From: Escherichia coli 042
GTDB lineage: Bacteria > Pseudomonadota > Gammaproteobacteria > Enterobacterales > Enterobacteriaceae
NCBI RefSeq assembly: GCF_000027125.1
Contig: NC_017626.1
DNA: 64,000 bases
Direction: 5' to 3' (one strand)
Below the pieces are notes generated by a model that had not been told where the DNA came from, searched no databases, and was given only the letters and a program-made list of their open reading frames with translations. The stretch's first letter is position 1. Each line of letters starts with the position of its first letter. This document shows positions 23,393-34,105 of this stretch, piece by piece. A program made the position numbers and the translations under genes.

Positions 23393-24313
23393 ATGCTTAA
23401 TTACGTTATCAAACGCTTACTGGGGTTGATTCCAACGCTGTTTATCGTCTCGGTGCTGGTGTTTTTATTTGTGCATATGCTGCCCGGCGATCCGGCGCGA
23501 TTGATTGCCGGGCCCGAAGCTGATGCGCAGGTTATAGAACTGGTGCGTCAGCAGCTGGGGTTGGATCAGCCGCTGTATCACCAGTTCTGGCACTATATCA
23601 GCAATGCTGTGCAGGGGGATTTTGGCCTGTCGATGGTGTCGCGTCGTCCGGTTGCCGATGAGATTGCCAGCCGCTTTATGCCAACGCTGTGGCTGACCAT
23701 AACCAGTATGGTCTGGGCGGTGATATTTGGTATGGCGGCGGGAATTATCGCCGCCGTCTGGCGTAATCGTTGGCCGGATCGATTGAGTATGACCATTGCG
23801 GTGTCGGGGATCTCGTTTCCGGCATTTGCTCTGGGGATGCTTTTAATTCAGGTATTCTCCGTTGAACTGGGCTGGCTGCCTACCGTGGGAGCAGACAGTT
23901 GGCAGCACTACATTTTACCCTCCCTGACGCTCGGCGCGGCAGTGGCAGCCGTGATGGCGCGCTTTACCCGCGCGTCGTTTGTCGATGTTTTAAGCGAAGA
24001 TTATATGCGTACCGCGAGGGCGAAAGGGGTGAGCGAAACCTGGGTTGTCCTCAAACACGGGCTACGTAACGCGATGATCCCGGTTGTGACCATGATGGGC
24101 TTACAGTTTGGCTTTTTGCTCGGTGGTTCCATCGTGGTGGAGAAGGTTTTCAACTGGCCCGGACTTGGACGCTTACTCGTTGACTCCGTAGAAATGCGCG
24201 ATTACCCGGTGATTCAGGCGGAAATTCTGCTTTTCTCGCTGGAATTTATTCTTATCAACTTAGTGGTGGATGTGCTTTACGCCGCCATTAACCCGGCTAT
24301 CAGGTACAAGTAA
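23393..24313 (+). CDS. gsiC: Glutathione ABC transporter permease GsiC (306 aa)
   Basis: DppB/OppB-like permease; operon position after gsiB. Confidence 0.93.
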   Translation: MLNYVIKRLLGLIPTLFIVSVLVFLFVHMLPGDPARLIAGPEADAQVIELVRQQLGLDQPLYHQFWHYISNAVQGDFGLSMVSRRPVADEIASRFMPTLWLTITSMVWAVIFGMAAGIIAAVWRNRWPDRLSMTIAVSGISFPAFALGMLLIQVFSVELGWLPTVGADSWQHYILPSLTLGAAVAAVMARFTRASFVDVLSEDYMRTARAKGVSETWVVLKHGLRNAMIPVVTMMGLQFGFLLGGSIVVEKVFNWPGLGRLLVDSVEMRDYPVIQAEILLFSLEFILINLVVDVLYAAINPAIRYK

Positions 24314-24315
24314 GG

Positions 24316-25227
24316 ATGCGACTATTTAACTGGCGACGTCAGGCGGTGTTAAACGCCATGCCACTGGTCAAACCTGACCAGGTACGTACACCGTGGCATG
24401 AATTCTGGCGACGATTTCGCCGTCAGCATATGGCGATGACCGCCGCATTGTTCGTTATTTTATTGATTGTGGTGGCTATTTTTGCACGCTGGATCGCTCC
24501 CTATGACGCCGAAAATTATTTTGATTATGACAATCTGAATAACGGACCTTCTTTGCAGCACTGGTTTGGCGTTGATTCACTGGGGCGTGACATTTTCAGC
24601 CGTGTCCTGGTTGGTGCACAAATCTCGCTGGCGGCGGGCGTGTTTGCCGTGTTTATCGGTGCGGCGATCGGGACGTTGCTGGGCTTGTTGGCTGGATATT
24701 ATGAAGGCTGGTGGGATCGGCTGATCATGCGCATTTGCGATGTGCTGTTTGCCTTCCCTGGTATTTTACTGGCGATCGCTGTTGTTGCGGTGTTGGGAAG
24801 CGGCATTGCTAACGTGATTATTGCAGTCGCCATTTTTTCCATCCCCGCGTTTGCCCGACTGGTGCGCGGCAACACGCTGGTGTTGAAACAGCAAACTTTT
24901 ATTGAATCGGCGCGCAGTATTGGTGCCAGCGACATGACCATCTTATTGCGCCATATCTTGCCCGGGACTGTCTCGTCTATCGTGGTGTTTTTCACCATGC
25001 GCATCGGTACCTCGATTATCTCTGCCGCCAGCCTGTCATTTCTCGGCCTCGGTGCGCAGCCGCCGACACCAGAGTGGGGAGCAATGCTCAATGAGGCACG
25101 AGCGGATATGGTTATCGCGCCGCATGTCGCTATTTTTCCGGCCCTGGCTATTTTTCTGACTGTACTGGCGTTCAATTTGTTGGGTGATGGTTTACGCGAT
25201 GCGCTGGATCCGAAAATTAAAGGATAG
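24316..25227 (+). CDS. gsiD: Glutathione ABC transporter permease GsiD (303 aa)
   Basis: DppC/OppC-like permease; follows gsiC with a 2-nt gap. Confidence 0.93.
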   Translation: MRLFNWRRQAVLNAMPLVKPDQVRTPWHEFWRRFRRQHMAMTAALFVILLIVVAIFARWIAPYDAENYFDYDNLNNGPSLQHWFGVDSLGRDIFSRVLVGAQISLAAGVFAVFIGAAIGTLLGLLAGYYEGWWDRLIMRICDVLFAFPGILLAIAVVAVLGSGIANVIIAVAIFSIPAFARLVRGNTLVLKQQTFIESARSIGASDMTILLRHILPGTVSSIVVFFTMRIGTSIISAASLSFLGLGAQPPTPEWGAMLNEARADMVIAPHVAIFPALAIFLTVLAFNLLGDGLRDALDPKIKG

Positions 25228-25404
25228 TTACGTTTGAATATTGCTTGAAAGGGTAATCACCTCACAGGAAATTATTGCCCTAAGCAAGTGTTGTAACTTT
25301 CTGCTGATTTTGTAGAATCGGGTAATTTGGTTAAAAAGCCGCAGCAAGGGACAATTTTTGCAGCGGTACAGCGTTCAGATAGTTATTTTGTTAAATGTAT
25401 TAAC

Positions 25405-27753
25405 ATGCTGAGTTTATACGAAAAGATAAAGATAAGGCTGATAATTTTATTTTTATTGGCAGCACTGTCATTTATTGGTCTTTTTTTCATCATTAACTAT
25501 CAACTGGTATCGGAGCGCGCGGTAAAACGTGCCGATAGCCGCTTTGAACTTATTCAGAAAAACGTTGGCTATTTCTTTAAAGATATTGAACGTTCGGCCC
25601 TGACATTAAAGGACTCACTGTATTTATTAAAAAATACAGAGGAGATTCAACGCGCCGTGATTCTTAAAATGGAAATGATGCCATTTTTAGACTCGGTGGG
25701 ACTGGTACTTGATGATAATAAATATTATCTCTTTTCGCGGAGGGCGAATGATAAAATCGTAGTTTATCATCAGGAACAAGTAAATGGACCGCTTGTCGAC
25801 GAGTCAGGGCGGGTTATTTTTGCCGATTTTAACCCATCGAAACGACCGTGGTCGGTGGCTTCAGATGACTCTAACAACAGCTGGAATCCGGCATACAATT
25901 GCTTTGATCGTCCGGGTAAAAAATGTATCTCTTTTACGCTACACATCAACGGCAAAGATCACGATTTGTTAGCGGTGGATAAAATTCATGTCGATTTAAA
26001 CTGGCGATATCTGAACGAGTATCTTGATCAAATCAGCGCTAATGATGAAGTTCTATTTTTGAAACAAGGCCATGAGATCATTGCCAAGAATCAACTCGCG
26101 CGTGAAAAACTGATTATTTATAATAGCGAAGGTAATTATAATATTATTGATTCTGTCGATACTGAATATATCGAAAAAACATCAGCGGTGCCAAACAACG
26201 CATTATTCGAAATCTATTTTTATTATCCTGGCGGTAATTTATTGAACGCATCAGATAAACTTTTTTATCTGCCGTTTGCTTTCATTATTATCGTATTGCT
26301 GGTGGTTTATTTAATGACCACTCGTGTGTTCCGTCGGCAATTTTCTGAAATGACAGAGCTGGTTAATACGCTGGCGTTTTTGCCTGACTCAACGGATCAA
26401 ATCGAGGCTCTGAAAATTCGCGAAGGCGATGCGAAAGAGATTATCAGCATCAAAAAATCGATCGCGGAAATGAAAGATGCCGAAATTGAACGGTCAAATA
26501 AATTGCTCTCACTGATCTCTTACGATCAGGAAAGCGGTTTTATTAAAAATATGGCGATTATTGAGTCCAACAATAATCAGTATCTGGCTGTGGGGATCAT
26601 CAAACTGTGTGGTCTGGAAGCCGTGGAAGCGGTGTTTGGTGTTGATGAACGCAATAAAACCGTCAGGAAATTGTGTCAGCGAATTGCCGAGAAATATGCG
26701 CAATGCTGCGATATCGTGACATTTAATGCCGATCTCTATTTACTTCTGTGCCGGGAAAATGTACAGACATTTACCCGTAAAATAGCGATGGTAAACGATT
26801 TTGACAGCAGCTTTGGCTACCGCAATCTGCGCATCCATAAGTCTGCCATTTGTGAACCTTTGCAGGGGGAAAACGCCTGGAGTTACGCAGAAAAACTGAA
26901 ACTGGCGATTTCCAGCATCCGTGACCATATGTTCTCAGAGTTTATTTTCTGTGATGACGCGAAACTCAACGAAATAGAAGAGAATATCTGGATTGCGCGT
27001 AATATTCGCCATGCAATGGAAATTGGCGAACTATTCCTGGTCTATCAGCCGATCGTTGATATTAACACCCGCACCATTCTGGGCGCGGAGGCGTTGTGCC
27101 GTTGGGTGTCTGCGGAGCGGGGGATCATTTCACCGCTAAAGTTCATTACCATTGCTGAAGATATCGGGTTTATCAATGAGCTGGGTTATCAGATTATTAA
27201 AATGGCAATGGGTGAATTCAGGCATTTTAGCGAGCGTGCGGTTCTGAAGGACGGTTTCTTACTGCATATTAATGTTTCGCCCTGGCAGTTAAACGAACCA
27301 CACTTTCATGAGCGTTTTACCACCATCATGAAAGAAAACGGTCTGAAGGCGAACAGCCTCTGTGTTGAGATCACTGAAACCGTGATCGAGCGAATTAATG
27401 AACATTTTTATCTCAATATTGAACAACTGCGTAAACAAGGGGTACGGATATCGATTGATGACTTTGGCACCGGTTTGTCAAACCTGAAACGTTTTTATGA
27501 AATTAATCCAGATAGCATAAAAGTGGACTCGCAATTTACCGGCGATATTTTCGGTACTGCGGGAAAAATTGTGCGCATTATTTTCGATCTGGCACGCTAT
27601 AACCGGATTCCGGTGATTGCGGAAGGCGTAGAGAGCGAAGATGTTGCGCGCGAATTAATCAAATTAGGATGTGTTCAGGCTCAGGGGTATCTGTACCAGA
27701 AACCCATGCCATTCTCCGCCTGGGATAAAAGTGGAAAATTAGTAAAAGAGTAG
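25405..27753 (+). CDS. pdeI: c-di-GMP phosphodiesterase PdeI (YliE), 782 aa: N-terminal TM/periplasmic sensor region plus EAL domain
   Basis: Start trimmed to [13 protein letters not shown]-terminal EAL-domain signatures (EALCRW..., DDFGTG..., QGYLYQKP); visibly AT-rich coding sequence. Confidence 0.9.
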   Translation: MLSLYEKIKIRLIILFLLAALSFIGLFFIINYQLVSERAVKRADSRFELIQKNVGYFFKDIERSALTLKDSLYLLKNTEEIQRAVILKMEMMPFLDSVGLVLDDNKYYLFSRRANDKIVVYHQEQVNGPLVDESGRVIFADFNPSKRPWSVASDDSNNSWNPAYNCFDRPGKKCISFTLHINGKDHDLLAVDKIHVDLNWRYLNEYLDQISANDEVLFLKQGHEIIAKNQLAREKLIIYNSEGNYNIIDSVDTEYIEKTSAVPNNALFEIYFYYPGGNLLNASDKLFYLPFAFIIIVLLVVYLMTTRVFRRQFSEMTELVNTLAFLPDSTDQIEALKIREGDAKEIISIKKSIAEMKDAEIERSNKLLSLISYDQESGFIKNMAIIESNNNQYLAVGIIKLCGLEAVEAVFGVDERNKTVRKLCQRIAEKYAQCCDIVTFNADLYLLLCRENVQTFTRKIAMVNDFDSSFGYRNLRIHKSAICEPLQGENAWSYAEKLKLAISSIRDHMFSEFIFCDDAKLNEIEENIWIARNIRHAMEIGELFLVYQPIVDINTRTILGAEALCRWVSAERGIISPLKFITIAEDIGFINELGYQIIKMAMGEFRHFSERAVLKDGFLLHINVSPWQLNEPHFHERFTTIMKENGLKANSLCVEITETVIERINEHFYLNIEQLRKQGVRISIDDFGTGLSNLKRFYEINPDSIKVDSQFTGDIFGTAGKIVRIIFDLARYNRIPVIAEGVESEDVARELIKLGCVQAQGYLYQKPMPFSAWDKSGKLVKE

Positions 27754-27760
27754 TTTACGT

Positions 27761-29089
27761 ATGTCCAGAATCAATAAGTTCGTACTTACAGTCAGTCTGC
27801 TGATTTTTATCATGATTTCAGCAGTTGCCTGCGGGATCTACACTCAAATGGTAAAGGAACGGGTGTATGGCCTGAAACAGTCCGTTATTGATACTGCTTT
27901 TGCGGTGGCAAATATTGCTGAATATCGGCGTAGCGTGGCAATTGATCTCATCAACACGCTAAACCCCACGGAGGAACAGCTGTTGGTTGGCTTGCGCACA
28001 GCTTACGCCGACTCGGTTTCACCCTCTTATTTGTACGATGTCGGTCCTTATCTGATTTCCAGTGACGAATGTATTCAGGTAAAGGAGTTCGAGAAAAATT
28101 ATTGTGCAGATATTATGCAGGTTGTGAAGTATCGACATGTCAAAAATACAGGGTTTATCTCTTTTGACGGTAAAACTTTCGTCTATTACCTCTATCCGGT
28201 AACTCACAATCGCAGTCTGATATTTTTGCTTGGTCTGGAGCGTTTTTCTTTACTGTCAAAATCGCTGGCGATGGATAGCGAGAACCTGATGTTCTCTCTG
28301 TTTAAGAACGGTAAACCGGTGACCGGTGATGAATATAATGCTAAAAACGCCATCTTCACCGTTTCGGAAGCGATGGAGCACTTCTCCTATTTGCCGACCG
28401 GATTGTACGTATTTGCGTATAAAAAAGATGTTTATTTGCGGGTTTGTACGTTGATTATTTTCTTTGCCGCATTGGTGGCAGTGATATCGGGTGCCAGTTG
28501 CCTCTATCTGGTACGCAGAGTGATTAATCGTGGTATTGTGGAGAAAGAAGCCATTATTAATAACCATTTTGAACGCGTACTAGATGGCGGGCTTTTCTTT
28601 TCGGCTGCCGATGTCAAAAAACTCTACAGTATGTATAACTCGGCGTTCCTGGACGACCTGACTAAAGCGATGGGCAGAAAATCCTTTGACGAAGATTTAA
28701 AAGCGCTACCGGAAAAAGGTGGTTATTTGTGCCTGTTTGACGTCGATAAATTCAAAAACATCAACGACACCTTCGGTCATTTGCTGGGCGATGAAGTGTT
28801 GATGAAAGTGGTGAAAATCCTTAAATCACAGATCCCGGTAGATAAAGGTAAAGTCTACCGCTTCGGCGGTGACGAATTTGCGGTGATTTATACGGGTGGA
28901 ACGCTGGAAGAGTTGCTATCGATTCTAAAAGAAATCGTTCATTTCCAGGTGGGAAGCATTAATTTAAGCACCAGTATCGGTGTAGCGCATTCAAATGAAT
29001 GTACTACCGTCGAACGCTTGAAAATGCTGGCGGATGAGCGGCTGTATAAGAGTAAGAAAAACGGCAGGGCGCAGATTAGCTGGCAGTAG
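27761..29089 (+). CDS. dgcI: Diguanylate cyclase DgcI (YliF), 442 aa
   Basis: Membrane/sensor N-terminus plus GGDEF domain (RFGGDEFAV); AT-rich. Confidence 0.9.
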   Translation: MSRINKFVLTVSLLIFIMISAVACGIYTQMVKERVYGLKQSVIDTAFAVANIAEYRRSVAIDLINTLNPTEEQLLVGLRTAYADSVSPSYLYDVGPYLISSDECIQVKEFEKNYCADIMQVVKYRHVKNTGFISFDGKTFVYYLYPVTHNRSLIFLLGLERFSLLSKSLAMDSENLMFSLFKNGKPVTGDEYNAKNAIFTVSEAMEHFSYLPTGLYVFAYKKDVYLRVCTLIIFFAALVAVISGASCLYLVRRVINRGIVEKEAIINNHFERVLDGGLFFSAADVKKLYSMYNSAFLDDLTKAMGRKSFDEDLKALPEKGGYLCLFDVDKFKNINDTFGHLLGDEVLMKVVKILKSQIPVDKGKVYRFGGDEFAVIYTGGTLEELLSILKEIVHFQVGSINLSTSIGVAHSNECTTVERLKMLADERLYKSKKNGRAQISWQ

Positions 29090-29106
29090 AATTAGAATAG
29101 TGTTAG

Positions 29107-29130
29107 TACCCCTTAATCAAGGGGTACTAA
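29107..29130. repeat. Perfect hairpin palindrome agtacccctt-aatc-aaggggtact between convergent dgcI and the antitoxin gene
   Basis: 10-bp perfect stem with 4-nt loop read from the sequence; sits between the stops of convergent dgcI (29089) and the antitoxin (29159). Confidence 0.5.
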
Positions 29131-29158
29131 TGAATGTGGTAAATCATTTGCAAACATT

Positions 29159-29488
29159 TTACTTTGCAAAAACTTCCGGTCCTTTTATTGCCAATGTATT
29201 CAAAATACGTAGTGCCGGGCCGCTCGGTTTTATTTCATTTCGTTCCCATTTCGAGACACTTTCTTTTGACATTCCCATTGTATGTGCCAGCACGGATTGT
29301 GACATGCCGTATCGGGTGCGGATGGCTTTGATCTCTTCACCCGTCATTGATTTGACTTTGGCTATACGGGCGCTGACTTCACGAGCTTTGACCATGACGG
29401 CAATGGCATCAACTTCACTATCAGACATCAGGCCCAGTGCATTCAGTTCCTTTGCATCTTCCAGCATCATTTGTAATTTATCGCTCAT
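29159..29488 (-). CDS. HigA-2-like antitoxin with C-terminal XRE-type HTH domain (109 aa)
   Basis: MSDKLQMMLEDAKELN...EIKAIRTRYGMSQSVLAHTMGMSKESVSKWERNEIKPSGPALRILNTL: HTH followed by the W-E-x-x-x-x-P-S-G-P-A signature remembered from HigA-2/YiaG-like antitoxins; ATG overlaps the upstream toxin 3' end by 11 nt. Confidence 0.8.
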   Translation of the reverse strand: MSDKLQMMLEDAKELNALGLMSDSEVDAIAVMVKAREVSARIAKVKSMTGEEIKAIRTRYGMSQSVLAHTMGMSKESVSKWERNEIKPSGPALRILNTLAIKGPEVFAK

Positions 29489-29864
29489 TTTTCACCTCAA
29501 TCAAAAAGCCAGTTTCGATCAAATCCTCTATTTGCTTATTGCTAAAGGCCAGAAATGCATTTGCCATTTTTTTGTAGGCCACCAGTTCATCATCTTCGAT
29601 TTCTTTGGTTCCTTTACTGCTTAGACCACTCTTGGACCAACCATCATAAAAAAACACATGATTTGCTGATTTAAAAAAGATAATTGTTCTGGCTCCACCA
29701 CTCTTTCCTTGTTGGAGGGGTAAACGTTTTTTGATGACACCGCTACCTAAATCAGCCTCCCATATGCCTTGCATCACTTCTTCAGCGGCAGCCATGAGAA
29801 CTTTATCGTGAATACCAAGTTTTTTCGTGCTTTGGCTGAATCGTCTTGCCTTATACACACCCAT
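29478..29864 (-). CDS. HigB-2-like (RelE-fold) type II toxin, putative ribosome-dependent mRNA interferase (128 aa)
   Basis: MGVYKARRFSQ...QQGKSGGARTIIFF...FFYDGWSKSG...IEDDELVAYKKMANAF: GK-GG-R-I-F ... K ... L core resembles Vibrio HigB-2-type toxins (from memory); toxin-first arrangement with translational overlap to a downstream HTH antitoxin. Confidence 0.8.
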   Translation of the reverse strand: MGVYKARRFSQSTKKLGIHDKVLMAAAEEVMQGIWEADLGSGVIKKRLPLQQGKSGGARTIIFFKSANHVFFYDGWSKSGLSSKGTKEIEDDELVAYKKMANAFLAFSNKQIEDLIETGFLIEVKNER

Positions 29865-29879
29865 ACATCCATCCTTGTG

Positions 29880-29916
29880 GTAATGTTTACTATAGTAACC
29901 ATTACGCTTATTTCAA
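29880..29916 (-). promoter_or_regulatory. Putative sigma70 promoter (-35 TTGAAA, 16 nt, -10 TATAGT) of the toxin-antitoxin operon with overlapping operator palindrome
   Basis: Minus-strand read: TTGAAA(29916-29911)-N16-TATAGT(29894-29889); imperfect palindrome GTAATGnTTACTATAGTAAnCATTAC (29880-29905, 2 mismatches) spans the -10. Confidence 0.5.
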
Positions 29917-30040
29917 GTAATTGCGATCAAAACTTTAATTTGGTGTGAAAAAGTGAGAGTTGCCTCGAGTATGATTCATTTTTCTCGATTTATACGTCAG
30001 GGGATTTTGTGCGTAAGGGTAGGACATGGGAAGGGTAGCA

Positions 30041-30078
30041 GAGGCAGATCGAAGAACAATATCCTTGTTAGATCTGCC
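30041..30078. repeat. Interrupted inverted repeat aggcagatc...(aacaa-tatcc-ttgtt)...gatctgcct just downstream of rimO
   Basis: Read from the sequence; possible rimO terminator hairpin and/or right boundary of the toxin-antitoxin cassette. Confidence 0.4.
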
Positions 30079-30088
30079 TTTAGATTAA

Positions 30089-31414
30089 TTAAACCCGGCT
30101 ACCCCACAAATCGTACTCATCGGCGTGCTCGACTTTCACACGCAGGATATCACCTGGCTTAACGTTGGTTTCACCATTGAGATAAACCGCGCCGTCGATT
30201 TCCGGTGCATCTGCCATGCTGCGACCAATCGCGCCTTCTTCGTCCACTTCGTCGATAATCACCAGAATTTCACGGCCCACTTTCTCTTGCAGGCGCTCGG
30301 CGGAAATCTGCTGCTGCAGCTGCATGAAACGGTTCCAGCGTTCTTCTTTCACTTCTTCCGGAACCTGGTCAGGCAGGGCATTGGCGTCCGCACCTTCAAC
30401 CGGGCTGTATTTAAAGCAGCCAACGCGATCCAGACGTGCTTCTTTCAGGAAGTCGAGTAGCATCTGGAAATCTTCTTCCGTCTCGCCAGGGAAGCCGACA
30501 ATAAAGGTTGAGCGTAAGGTCAGTTCCGGGCAGATTTCGCGCCACTGTTTGATGCGCGCCAGTTGGCGATCTACAGAACCCGGACGCTTCATCAGTTTGA
30601 GAATGCGCGGGCTGGCGTGCTGCAACGGAATGTCCAGATACGGCAGGATTTTGCCTTCTGCCATCAGTGGGATGACGTCGTCCACATGCGGATAAGGGTA
30701 AACGTAGTGCAGACGTGTCCAGATCCCCAGTTTCGATAACTGTTCGCACAGGCTGACCATGCTGGTTTTTACCGGCTCGCCGTTGTGGAAGCCAGTACGA
30801 TGTTTAACATCGACGCCATAGGCGGAAGTATCCTGCGAGATCACCAGAATCTCTTTAACGCCCGCATCAACCAGACGTTTAGCTTCACTTAACACTTCGC
30901 CGATCGGACGGCTCACCAGGTCGCCGCGCATAGACGGAATAATGCAGAAGGTGCAGCGGTGATTACAGCCTTCCGAAATTTTCAGATAGGCATAATGACG
31001 CGGCGTCAGTTTCACACCTTGTTCTGGCACCAGGCTCAGGAATGGGTTGTGTTTCGGTTTTGGCACGTAGTGATGAACGTGCTCCAGAACCTGCTCATAG
31101 CTATGAGGCCCGGTGATTTCCAGCACTTTCGGGTGGACTTCGCGGATCTGATCTTCTTTTGCCCCCAGACAACCGGTCACAATTACCTTGCCGTTTTCAT
31201 TCAACGCTTCACCAATGGCTTCCAGTGATTCTTGTACCGCGCTGTCAATAAAGCCGCAGGTGTTGACGATCACCATGTCCGCATCGTCATAGCTCGGTAC
31301 CACGTCATAACCTTCAGTGCGTAGTTCGGTGAGAATACGCTCTGAATCGACAAGGTTTTTCGGACAGCCAAGGGAAACAAAGCCGATTTTCGGCTGGGGA
31401 GTTACTTTGCTCAT
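30089..31414 (-). CDS. rimO: Ribosomal protein S12 methylthiotransferase RimO (441 aa)
   Basis: [20 protein letters not shown]...; radical-SAM CxxxCxxC (CNHRCTFC) and MiaB-like architecture. Confidence 0.95.
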
Positions 31415-31626
31415 AGCTTAAAAAATATTCAGTTACAGGAAAGGTCAGGGCAGGGATTCTACAGAGTTCTGGATAAAATTTGTATCGCAATCTCATTCGC
31501 TGGCGGAGGCGAAGGAAATGTAAATTTTGTTAATTCGGCGTGAAGAATTGATCCTGGACAGCATTTTGCTCAAAAAATAGCCATACTATTTAATTGCAAC
31601 AAGGCTGGAAAGAGGAGGATCGAAGT

Positions 31627-32010
31627 ATGTTCGTTGACAGACAGCGAATCGATCTGCTGAACCGGTTGATCGACGCACGCGTTGACCTCGCTGCATACGT
31701 GCAACTGAGGAAGGCAAAAGGATACATGTCCGTCAGCGAAAGCAATCATCTACGAGATAACTTTTTTAAACTGAATCGCGAACTGCACGATAAATCGCTG
31801 CGGTTGAATCTTCATCTGGATCAGGAAGAGTGGAGTGCTCTTCATCATGCTGAAGAAGCATTAGCGACAGCCGCAGTATGTTTGATGAGTGGGCACCATG
31901 ATTGCCCGACTGTTATTACCGTCAACGCCGATAAGCTTGAAAATTGTCTGATGAGCTTAACGCTGAGTATCCAGAGCCTGCAGAAGCACGCCATGCTTGA
32001 GAAGGCCTGA
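31627..32010 (+). CDS. bssR: Biofilm regulator BssR (127 aa)
   Basis: MFVDRQRIDLLNRLIDARVDLAAYVQLRKAKGYMSVSESNHLRDNFFKLN... matches remembered BssR; start trimmed from ORF 31594. Confidence 0.9.
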   Translation: MFVDRQRIDLLNRLIDARVDLAAYVQLRKAKGYMSVSESNHLRDNFFKLNRELHDKSLRLNLHLDQEEWSALHHAEEALATAAVCLMSGHHDCPTVITVNADKLENCLMSLTLSIQSLQKHAMLEKA

Positions 32011-32120
32011 AAACTAAGGGGGAGAAAGCGTCTCCCCCTTCATGTTTAAGTTTTTGTAAAAATGAATTTGTTATCTCCTCCACTGACTACGCTTTAAGCC
32101 AGAGTCAATCCGGAGGCGTT

Positions 32121-33236
32121 ATGCATCGACAATTCTTTTTCTCTGTGCCCCTTATTTGTCTTTCTTCCGCTCTCTGGGCGGCTCCTGCAACGGTAAATGT
32201 CGAAGTACTGCAAGACAAACTCGACCATCCCTGGGCGCTGGCCTTTTTACCCGATAATCACGGTATGTTAATCACTCTGCGCGGCGGCGAGTTGCTTCAC
32301 TGGCAAGCAGGAAAAGGATTATCTGCGCCGCTTTCCGGAGTGCCGGACGTTTGGGCGCACGGGCAGGGCGGTCTGCTGGACGTGGTTTTAGCGTCTGATT
32401 TTGCTCAGTCGCGCCGCATCTGGTTAAGTTATTCCGAAGTTGGCGATGATGGCAAAGCCGGAACTGCTGTGGGTTATGGCCGCTTAAGTGATGATCTCTC
32501 AAAAGTGACCGACTTCCGCACCGTCTTTCGCCAGATGCCAAAACTGTCTACCGGCAACCATTTTGGCGGGCGGCTGGTATTCGACGGTAAAGGTTATCTT
32601 TTTATTGCTCTGGGCGAAAACAATCAGCGCCCGACGGCGCAGGATCTGGATAAATTACAGGGCAAACTGGTGCGTCTGACCGACCAGGGCGAAATCCCGG
32701 ATGATAATCCTTTTATAAAGGAATCCGGTGCGCGCGCCGAGATCTGGTCTTATGGCATTCGTAATCCGCAAGGAATGGCGATGAATCCGTGGAGTAAAGC
32801 ACTATGGCTGAATGAACATGGCCCGCGCGGTGGTGATGAAATTAATATCCCGCAAAAAGGCAAAAACTACGGCTGGCCGCTGGCAACCTGGGGAATCAAC
32901 TATTCGGGCTTTAAGATACCGGAAGCGAAAGGGGAGATCGTCGCCGGGACCGAGCAACCTGTTTTTTACTGGAAAGATTCGCCCGCCGTGAGCGGCATGG
33001 CCTTCTATAACAGCGATAAATTCCCCCAGTGGCAGCAAAAATTATTTATTGGTGCGCTGAAAGATAAAGATGTCATTGTGATGAGCGTCAACGGCGACAA
33101 AGTGACAGAAGATGGCCGTATTTTAACGGACAGGGGGCAGCGAATTCGTGATGTTCGCACTGGACCCGACGGTTATTTATACGTTCTCACCGACGAGTCC
33201 AGTGGGGAATTACTTAAAGTTAGCCCACGCAATTAG
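32121..33236 (+). CDS. yliI: Soluble aldose sugar dehydrogenase YliI (PQQ-dependent beta-propeller), 371 aa
   Basis: Signal peptide [24 protein letters not shown]-12 order bssR-yliI-gstB. Confidence 0.9.
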
Positions 33237-33859
33237 CTAACGGGAATCATCACCACTTTGCGCACTGCTGGGCGTTCAGTGAGTTGCTGATACCAGCGTT
33301 GCAGATTTGGACGCGGTGTCCAGGTCAGGCCAACGTTAAACAAATTGTAGATGAACGGAGCGATAGCGATATCGCCCACACCAAACTCGTCGCCAGAGAA
33401 CCATTTTACTTTTGCCAGTTCCGCATCGAGCAGGGCAAACAGGGCGTCGCACTCTTTACAACTGGCATCAATGGCGGCCTGATCGCGCTCTTCCGGTGGT
33501 GTTCTGACTAATCCCATCAGGATCCCGCGATGGGCATTACTGAGCGTCTGGTTTGCCCAGTCCATCCATTTTTCTGCTTCCGCACGACGTGCCGGTGAGT
33601 CGATCCACAGGCGTTTTTGCCCGTACTGTGCCGCCAGATAGCGGACAATGGCGTTTGATTCCCAAAGAATGAGATCACTTTCGTCGTCACGCAACAACGG
33701 CACCAGCCCGTTAGGGTTCATCGCCAGAAAATCAGCATCGTGATTTATCCCAAACTCACGGCCCGCGAGAATTTGCTCATAAGGTAGTTCCAGTTCTTCG
33801 AGCGTCAGCAATACTTTTTTTACGTTGGTTGAATTATTCCGACCCCACAGCGTAATCAT
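33233..33859 (-). CDS. gstB: Glutathione S-transferase GstB (208 aa)
   Basis: [37 protein letters not shown]...; GST N- and C-terminal domains. Confidence 0.93.
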
Positions 33860-34105
33860 ACTCACCCCTTTTCCGACAGGCAGCCACAGGCTGAACAGGA
33901 CTCCGATGGTGAAGTAAAGTTAACTTTTAAGCAACAGCTGGCAAAAAAATGACACCAGAAGCAGCGAAGCGGCAGGATATTGCATAAACTTTAAAAACTT
34001 TACCAACTTACGGTTTCTTTAAGTTTGTGTGTGCGTTATTAATCACCGAACTTATCATACGGCGATATAACGTATTTTTTTTGAATGGATACTCGGGTGG
34101 CATTT

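Noticed and set aside
29034-29624. 196-aa plus-strand ORF spanning the dgcI end and the antitoxin gene
   Set aside because: Overlaps the minus-strand HTH antitoxin, which has clear domain signatures and translational coupling to the toxin; the plus-strand frame has no recognisable motifs.
29953-30162. 69-aa plus-strand ORF between the TA promoter and rimO
   Set aside because: Arg/Gly-rich low-complexity translation; overlaps the rimO 3' end and the inverted repeat; no SD. Treated as non-coding.
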